Assembly (NCBI GenBank): GCA_021108075.1
Contig: JAIORP010000206.1
Span: forward strand, 831-64,830
Direction of reading: 5' to 3'
Source: Candidatus Omnitrophota bacterium
Lineage (GTDB): Bacteria; Omnitrophota; Gorgyraeia; Zapsychrales; Zapsychraceae
Length of the DNA stretch: 64,000 bases
Shown here: positions 61,401 through 64,000 of the stretch, piece after piece
Layout: each line of letters opens with the position of its first letter
Numbering within the stretch: the stretch's first letter is position 1
Made by a program: the position numbers and the translations under genes
Notes under the pieces: model-generated
Told to the model about the DNA's origin: nothing
The model's database searches: none
Seen by the model: the letters and a program-made list of their open reading frames with translations, nothing else

Positions 61401-64000
61401 AACTTCATTACGTAATGCTTTAATCCATTTGGCTTTTTCTTCATTTGACAACAGGGATTGTTGATGCATACGTTCGATGGTGCGGACCAGGTATTCCCGG
61501 ACGGTTTCACCGTTTTCAATTAATGGACCATATCGTGTTTCAATTTCATCAAATTCGTCAACCCAATTGCTGTATTGTTTCTTCCAGTAATCCGCGCGCG
61601 TGCGTGGTGACAGGGCGATAATCATGGCACCAACAGCGATCAACGCGCCAAGCGTCATGACTGGAATGCCGGCGATCATGCCGAGGATCGATACAACAAC
61701 TGAACTCAATGTCAGGCCAAGGATCACGTTAATGCCAAGGCTCAATCCTTTCAGGGCTTTAGCTGCTTTGAGGCTTGTCGCTTTCTTAACAAACTCATTT
61801 TCGATGTAATTGGCCACGGCGCCTTGAACCATAAACACAGCCGGAACAATGACGACTAAGAACAACGGTAGGCCGCTGAGCCAGATGAGCGTGGCGAAGA
61901 TGACGGAAACAAATCCGGCTGAAACCTTACGGTTAATATTAAACGGATTGAATGATTGTAAGCCTGTTAATGAGCGGGCGTTCTTGCTCCAGAGATCTTT
62001 GTGCATTTCATAATAACTTTGCATGGCGACGAACAAATGATAGAAAGCGACCAATGTCGGCAATGCGGTTACGAGTATGAGATACGCGGTGATTCCAAAG
62101 CCCCAGGTCAAGCTGATTAAGGCGAGCTTGTTGAACAGAAGGTCAACCATAATACCGCCATAGTAGACCGTCGTCACACCAAAAATTCCGATCCACCAGA
62201 GTTTCTGTGATAACTTCTTGGCTTTACCCATGATCATTGGGACGAGGAAGAACAGCAAGCTGACGCTGACAGACTTAAGCGCTAATGGAATAAATTCGGT
62301 CATGCCTGTGGCTGCCTGGATGCCGACAAAAATAAGGACAAGCGCCGGGAGAATCAAGCCGAAGAATCGGTATGTCCAGCGATGCAAGACTGTGTCTTTG
62401 ATGCCCCAGAACTTCTTCCAGTTAAAGAACAATTTAAGGAGATATGAACCGAATAAGAATCCGATACCTGACTTGACTTTGCTCTTTTCTGCGAGGTCGA
62501 CCACTTCTTCATGATAATGGCGCATCAAGTCGTCTGTGACGTCTTTGAGCTTCGCGTATATCTTTGCTAACTGTTCTGTCTTTTCCGCGTCTAAGGCCTT
62601 GACGATATCATCTTGTTGATGGTTAGAAATGACCTTCTTAAGATCTTCCGTAAACTTCTTACGAAGCTTTGCGTCAGAAATGTGTTCAGCGATATCGCCG
62701 TAAACATAGTCGCGTAACTTGATGATCAATTGACGTTCATCCTGAACTTCGCGTCTGCTGAACGTAAATCCGCCAAAGTTAACCACATCATCGCCTGTGC
62801 CTTCAACCTGTTCGGCCGCTTTCAAGAACAATTCGAGTAAATTCGTCGGTCTGGCTTTCCGTCCGCGTCCTTCTAATTGCATAAACTCGAACAAGTCATA
62901 CTGGCTTTGATCAATCCAGTAATTGGAAATGCGATCTTTCAGCTTGCCTGAATCCCACGCCTTGCGGAACTCTGTACGCGTTCGGAAGCGGAAGCGCTCG
63001 TAAATGTTGGTAAAGCGCATTAACTCGTTATAAGCCTTGATGTATTCTTTAAACTGACCTGGTGTTAATCTGTCCTTTTGATTCTTAGCTAATTCACGTC
63101 GCAATTCTTTAGAGACATATATGATAAACGGTAAGATTAAATTTGTACCGCCGATCGTGACACCGTTTGTTTGAGATTGGTTCATTTCCAACAACTTGAA
63201 GATGACATTTTCTCTTAAGGTGTTAACTTCTCCGCTTGGTTGCATTGGATAAGCGTTGTAGATGATATCATTGTCGAATCCAAGCAAGCCTTCAAGGATA
63301 CGCGGGTTAGCATAAATGCTGCGATGGATGACACCAAATGATGTGTCGAGCAATGATTCGCGGTCAGAATCGACGTCTGTCGTTACATCCTTGAATTCAA
63401 TGCCGATACCTTCAAGAATTTGTTTGTAAACCGGTCTAAAGATTTTTTCTCTGAGCAAGCCCTGGACAAATGGATAGAGGCTTGTATAAGCGACTTTCTC
63501 TGTCTCTGTTTGTGCTTCCTGTGATTCAGCAAATTTTTTCGTTTCTAATTCCGTGCGATATGGTTGATCCGCGGAGATGTCTTTCGTTTTCTCAATGAGT
63601 TCCGATAATGTTGGAATACCCGTAACGTGACCCTTCTGGCTCAATTCAATAATTTTTCTTAAGACAACCACTTGAGGTGTTGGTAATAAATCATCTAATT
63701 GTTCAATAATCTCAGCGGCTGACATCTTGTCGCCGTCTTCTTGCAGGGTCGTCAAGAACTTGCTTTCGCTGAAGTTCAAAAGATATTTCTTTATACCGGA
63801 CCAGACAATCGCATGCTTAATCGTTGATTCACCCAGGTTATAGTTGACCAGTGTTTCTTCAAGGGCCTCTTTAATATCTGCGGCTTTAATCGAACCTCGT
63901 CTCAAGAGCTCGGCGATGACGACAACATCCGGATGTGTCTCTGTATCTAGTCCGCGAATAAAGGCATCCATGCCTTGCTCCGTCAGGGTTTTAATCGCTT
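1..64000 (-). CDS. Giant multidomain membrane-associated protein, internal fragment of a single ORF longer than 64 kb; partial at both ends.
   Basis: The minus frame with codon starts at + positions divisible by 3 has no stop in about 20 hand-translated stretches (408-1022, 9060-9359, 12541-12660, 16128-16260, 20161-20260, 20631-20819, 21234-21650, 28141-28260, 29041-29100, 29881-29960, 31348-31554, 34143-34150, 34741-34860, 35881-35985, 36600-36722, 38034-38170, 41100-41360, 48240-48419, 51297-51341, 55261-55380, 58381-58500, 60001-60300, 61601-61780, 63901-63998). The ORF track lists no minus-strand ORF in this frame anywhere. Nearly all listed minus ORFs have start mod 3 = 2, and two (36340, 38977) have start mod 3 = 1. 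If this frame contained a stop, an ORF of 60 aa or more ending at it would be listed, so the frame is open for all 21,333 codons. Confidence 0.88.
8900..9400 (-). other. Calcineurin-like metallophosphoesterase domain (PrpE/ApaH-like Ser/Thr phosphatase or diadenosine-tetraphosphatase type).
   Basis: Hand translation of 9060-9359 gives VTLQDLHGGFRRAAALIGHSLGLGPDIYRRIHTLDDLKMALDLAGIDIHSKDIRFVGLNDKYDRGNDPRGLFNLVKWLRDTGKAKVFAGNHD. The three canonical motifs D-x-H-G, G(N)D-x-x-DRG and GNH(D/E) occur in the correct order and spacing. Confidence 0.7.
12300..12800 (-). other. Class I SAM-dependent methyltransferase motif I region (PrmA-like).
   Basis: Translation of 12541-12660 gives HMMNDNLKDMDIVDLGAGDGILSLAAFKLGAGHVDLIEL, cf. 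PrmA VLDVGCGSGILAIAAAKLGA-xV-x-DID. Only motif I was checked. Confidence 0.5.
16000..17300 (-). other. GT-B fold glycosyltransferase-like region (GT4-like E-x7-E motif).
   Basis: Translation of 16128-16260 gives AKIGNRGMVLYTSSWEGWGNAWLEAVYHKVPILVYKY, resembling the GT4 C-terminal p-S-x-x-E-G-F-G-x-x-x-L-E-A-m ... P-v-i motif. Extent of the domain not verified. Confidence 0.4.
18850..19000 (-). other. Transmembrane segment(s).
   Basis: Antisense + ORF composition and fast translation give AGSVTIAMAYLTVLADNPVVAGIISIVLIVAVVWGI. Not re-derived codon by codon. Confidence 0.4.
20050..20330 (-). repeat. Copy C (diverged) of an internal protein module with signature RAGPL-x-GFLAT ... EGTEYI ... IAAS(V/L)IHEIGAVS.
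   Basis: Translation of 20161-20260 gives AMINAGHVRAGPLKGFLATVCAHEGTEYIVLSN, collinear with the copies at 21.3 and 23.2 kb. Confidence 0.6.
20550..21200 (-). other. Protein-kinase-like fold domain (Kdo/RIO/APH-type catalytic loop), possibly atypical or pseudokinase.
   Basis: Hand translation of 20631-20819 gives NSSWVRFFIENEEELVRKIGDAYRRLNHDLGIIHGDVKVEHLFITREKKIYIIDFSTGPAEQPR. It shows a catalytic-loop HGD-x-x-x-x-(N to H) followed by a (I/L)IDF(G to S) DFG-like motif. Confidence 0.5.
21279..21650 (-). repeat. Copy A of the RAGPL...HEIGAVS module; near-identical at nucleotide level to 23169-23540.
   Basis: Hand translation of 21234-21650 gives DLARRHPDLPEPGKEQRDAAVEALNWDTDFISIDQYVDIASMEVVLETALRVAGEEEMAVRLRGMLAARQVRAGPLAGFLATIYEKDGTEYILISTAYAEYVTELQIAASVIHEIGAVSEFNLTDEENEA. 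It has about 3 mismatches over 372 nt versus copy B, at an offset of 1890 nt (630 codons, in frame). Confidence 0.85.
22730..22960 (-). other. Transmembrane helix pair.
   Basis: Fast translation gives FAMLGIGAVLFGITNVAQAQDVNAIAQSGAVIEISSLVWTMAGAIVGAIVIGIGGYLLSRRY, consistent with the Ala/Val/Ile-rich antisense ORF 22619..22819. Not re-derived codon by codon. Confidence 0.45.
23169..23540 (-). repeat. Copy B of the RAGPL...HEIGAVS module (about 99% nt identity to 21279-21650).
   Basis: Direct nucleotide comparison of rows 23161-23550 with 21271-21660. The + strand shadow ORFs 21127..21336 and 22996..23226 share the SVRLNSLTAPISWI(T/K)LAAI tail. Confidence 0.85.
23700..24650 (-). repeat. Two diverged copies of an unassigned module of about 190 aa with signature T-(V/I)-I-I-(L)TGG-x-x-x-DCL-x-x-x-Y-(E/Q)-V ... 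IFE ... D-(M/L)-x-IVL.
   Basis: Hand translation of 23730-23890 gives MNTVIITGGMSYDCLAGIYEVLLKIIFEMGVDMKIVLLEQAMNGREEREVAAQY. Hand translation of 24481-24630 gives VEDGIKTIILTGGVCDDCLLSLYQVIVYYIFENNADLHIVLPVKAIWGSD. No family was recognised. Confidence 0.5.
27950..29150 (-). other. Sugar-1-phosphate nucleotidyltransferase-like domain with C-terminal left-handed beta-helix (GlgC / ADP-glucose pyrophosphorylase-like architecture).
   Basis: Translation of 29041-29100 gives NSVSVGAMLPGSGTRMSPL, the G-x-G-T-R-(L/M)-x-P-L-T NTP-transferase motif. Translation of 28141-28260 gives EDVQPDQFGNRLVNSDVPQDGSIRNSTIINTTIYGKNDIEGAVIIDSTLAAAKIARGSVV, hexapeptide-repeat (LbH) character. The order is N-terminal NTP-transferase then LbH, as in GlgC. 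Confidence 0.6.
29880..30000 (-). other. HIT-like histidine triad motif (H-x-H-x-H-x-x), adjacent and N-terminal to the nucleotidyltransferase-like domain.
   Basis: Translation of 29881-29960 gives LTFNSLAAGASIHDLHLHGMYLPEDKSP. Motif only; fold not verified. Confidence 0.35.
31226..32430 (-). repeat. 100%-identical core of tandem unit A (pairs with 32747-33951).
   Basis: Direct nucleotide comparison. Identity starts at atattacccatgtaaccgacagcc and ends at cggcctgtattcat in both units; flanks drop to about 70-75% identity. Confidence 0.8.
32747..33951 (-). repeat. 100%-identical core of tandem unit B (pairs with 31226-32430).
   Basis: As above. Confidence 0.8.
34700..36050 (-). other. GT4-family glycosyltransferase domain, TreT-like (trehalose glycosyltransferring synthase-like).
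   Basis: Translation of 35881-35985 gives IFDINSTAQGGGVALMLHAFQRLIRFALGLDA, cf. TreT NST-x-x-GGGVAE-x-L. Translation of 34741-34860 gives VSESIDKGVPVIAYNVGGIGRQIQHGETGYLVN, cf. TreT GGI-x-x-QI-x-DGETG(F/Y)LV. The upstream segment contains EGYEIKVSE (E-x7-E). Confidence 0.65.
36590..36780 (-). other. Transmembrane hairpin with conserved loop motif.
   Basis: Hand translation of 36600-36722 gives ASTVKAAGTAQTATMVTAATAAPWISVTIVAGVVITVVAII. A hydrophobic stretch (LFSILLVMLTLT by fast translation) precedes it. Confidence 0.6.
37750..38990 (-). other. GT4-family glycosyltransferase (group 1) domain.
   Basis: Hand translation of 38034-38170 gives AMSLEGIFILPGVIPHKYVAEAVSMMDIFTLPSISEGQGLSMLEAM, with a canonical E-x7-E (EGQGLSMLE), followed by VAEKAIVASHVGGIPETL. 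Fast translation of the N-terminal part (~38.9 kb) gives VLHLIGSFSRGGAEKMALDL, cf. GT4 N-terminal ilh-x-x-sl-x-x-GGaE. Confidence 0.7.
39120..39520 (-). other. Two transmembrane hairpins carrying the same AAGTAQT...AAPW loop motif.
   Basis: Fast translation gives IALGVIASITQEAETAQTAVMVTTATAAPWITIAVTAGIVIALAALVVFLV and LAALMIVIPAIVKAAGTAQTTMVTAAATPWLTISTVIAIAPYFVLAGLGIL. These are the antisense images of shadow ORF 38920..39504 (AAAVTIVVCAVPAAL...). Confidence 0.5.
39900..41450 (-). other. GH13-family domain with closest resemblance to sucrose phosphorylase (GH13_18-like N-terminal signature).
   Basis: Hand translation of 41100-41360 gives LNFFLHALGKVGQPFTILHILPRLFPYSVDEGFGTKDHTRVDAKQGDWAMVEKIVREHDMKLMLDFIVGHIASDHPWFTAFLNNVEE. 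Compare sucrose phosphorylase LH(L/I)LPFFPS-x-GD-x-GF-x-x-x-D-x-x-x-VD-x-x-x-GDW ... (Y)LM-x-DF-x-x-NH-x-S, and the GH13 region I HTSD(E/Q)HPWF. The C-terminal extent to ~39.9 kb is not verified. Confidence 0.6.
41640..42110 (-). other. Cluster of about 4 transmembrane helices, again containing the T-A-x-T-A-x-M-V-A-T-A-P-W motif.
   Basis: Fast translation gives IIGALMMLPVKSFGAGMNQTLSVVTTTAAVQWFSIVIVAAMIIGVIVAGVSLWVVL ... ILMLIPTSVDFAGTASTAVMVATAPWAVVGAVTLISAAAVIFSAWFV. Antisense of shadow ORF 41539..42006. Confidence 0.5.
48250..48420 (-). other. HExxH zinc-metallopeptidase-like motif (HELGH), family unassigned.
   Basis: Hand translation of 48240-48419 gives IRRGQQSYSSVDRTIAMPAVMDIHMSHELGHHVAHILGLYDPFNVMGNIFESIWFMRDDT. 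Confidence 0.45.
48600..48760 (-). other. Transmembrane helices.
   Basis: Fast translation gives FASGFALIAVANVMGVNIAPIVVAILAIAGLGLVLTAVVGAVNMV. Antisense of shadow ORF 48607..48846. Confidence 0.4.
49740..49950 (-). other. Transmembrane helices.
   Basis: Fast translation gives IVTLVTAGLLYRVFGAEYIAGVLAANPALTAIAATLFAVGGLLAVVIGI. Antisense of shadow ORF 49735..49929. Confidence 0.4.
50400..51500 (-). other. Second protein-kinase-like region (APH / ABC1-UbiB / ePK-like catalytic loop).
   Basis: Hand translation of 51297-51341 plus flank gives RQQLKILRKAHIARDMNFGNLKFDEQGNILAAFDWD, with D-x-x-x-x-N after an H-x-(A)RD catalytic-loop-like motif and then a D(W)D metal-binding-like motif. Domain boundaries not verified. 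Confidence 0.4.
54000..58100 (-). other. Long highly charged (E/K/R/Q/L-rich) predicted coiled-coil region.
   Basis: Hand translation of 55261-55380 gives LDGVWELFREARYDIAQLQAEIDQVELRIAIEEENVKAA. The + strand here is dominated by ttc/ttt/ctc/ctt triplets, the antisense of gaa/aaa/gag/aag, and shadow ORFs 54202.., 54493.., 55651.. and 55933.. are Ser/Leu-rich. Confidence 0.45.
58195..58368 (-). repeat. Short in-frame direct repeat: a 105-nt unit followed by a 69-nt copy lacking an internal 36-nt segment.
   Basis: ccttcgtgatccatgactttaacgaggccgc occurs at 58195 and 58300, and gggtgatattgacctcgctg-n-c-n-g-n-tttggtttcctc occurs at 58262 and 58329. The encoded peptide repeat is GLVKVMDHEGEETK-x-x-SEVNITRG. 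Confidence 0.7.
58380..59650 (-). other. Polytopic membrane region (multiple TM helices).
   Basis: Hand translation of 58381-58500 gives VNMGLVLFSPLSGIVFIGSMVLANLAMIVFGTFFGGYITG. Fast translation upstream gives further helices (FVSLVFMITAAIIVGFAVINFNIYAGILLFSIYSILFTLRFLVGMATI). Confidence 0.5.
61600..62480 (-). other. Second polytopic membrane region.
   Basis: Hand translation of 61601-61780 gives TSLKAAKALKGLSLGINVILGLTLSSVVVSILGMIAGIPVMTLGALIAVGAMIIALSPR. Shadow ORFs 61600..61809 and 62218..62514 are antisense images of hydrophobic codons. Confidence 0.5.

Noticed and set aside
1-64000. An alternative genetic code (TGA or TAG reassignment) as the explanation for the absence of long ORFs in the track.
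   Set aside because: Not needed. One minus-strand frame is completely open with the standard code, and translated stretches contain well-known enzyme motifs without requiring read-through of any stop.

Overview
The window appears to be an internal fragment of one giant protein-coding gene on the minus strand. The minus-strand frame whose codons start at + positions divisible by 3 is open across all 64,000 bp with the standard code, giving >21,300 codons with neither start nor stop in the window. I hand-translated about 20 spot checks in that frame between 0.1 and 64 kb and all read as ordinary protein sequence. The supplied ORF track lists no minus-strand ORF in that frame. Every listed ORF is under 200 aa and is antisense or off-frame shadow, which fits a single uninterrupted ORF. 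The polypeptide is mosaic. Carbohydrate-active domains include a GT35 alpha-glucan-phosphorylase-like domain, a GH13 sucrose-phosphorylase-like domain, two GT4 glycosyltransferases and a third GT4-like E-x7-E region, a GlgC-like sugar nucleotidyltransferase with a left-handed beta-helix, and a HIT-like motif. Signalling-type domains include a metallophosphoesterase, two protein-kinase-like regions, a PrmA-like SAM methyltransferase motif and an HExxH site. Between these sit recurring transmembrane hairpins with a conserved loop motif, two polytopic membrane regions, a charged coiled-coil stretch, and several in-frame internal repeats. The repeats include a 1521-bp-period tandem array with 1.2 kb of 100% identity between units. 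No rRNA, tRNA, CRISPR, mobile element, promoter or terminator is evident. Domain calls come from by-eye translation and motif recognition only, not HMM searches, and coordinates of domain boundaries are approximate.
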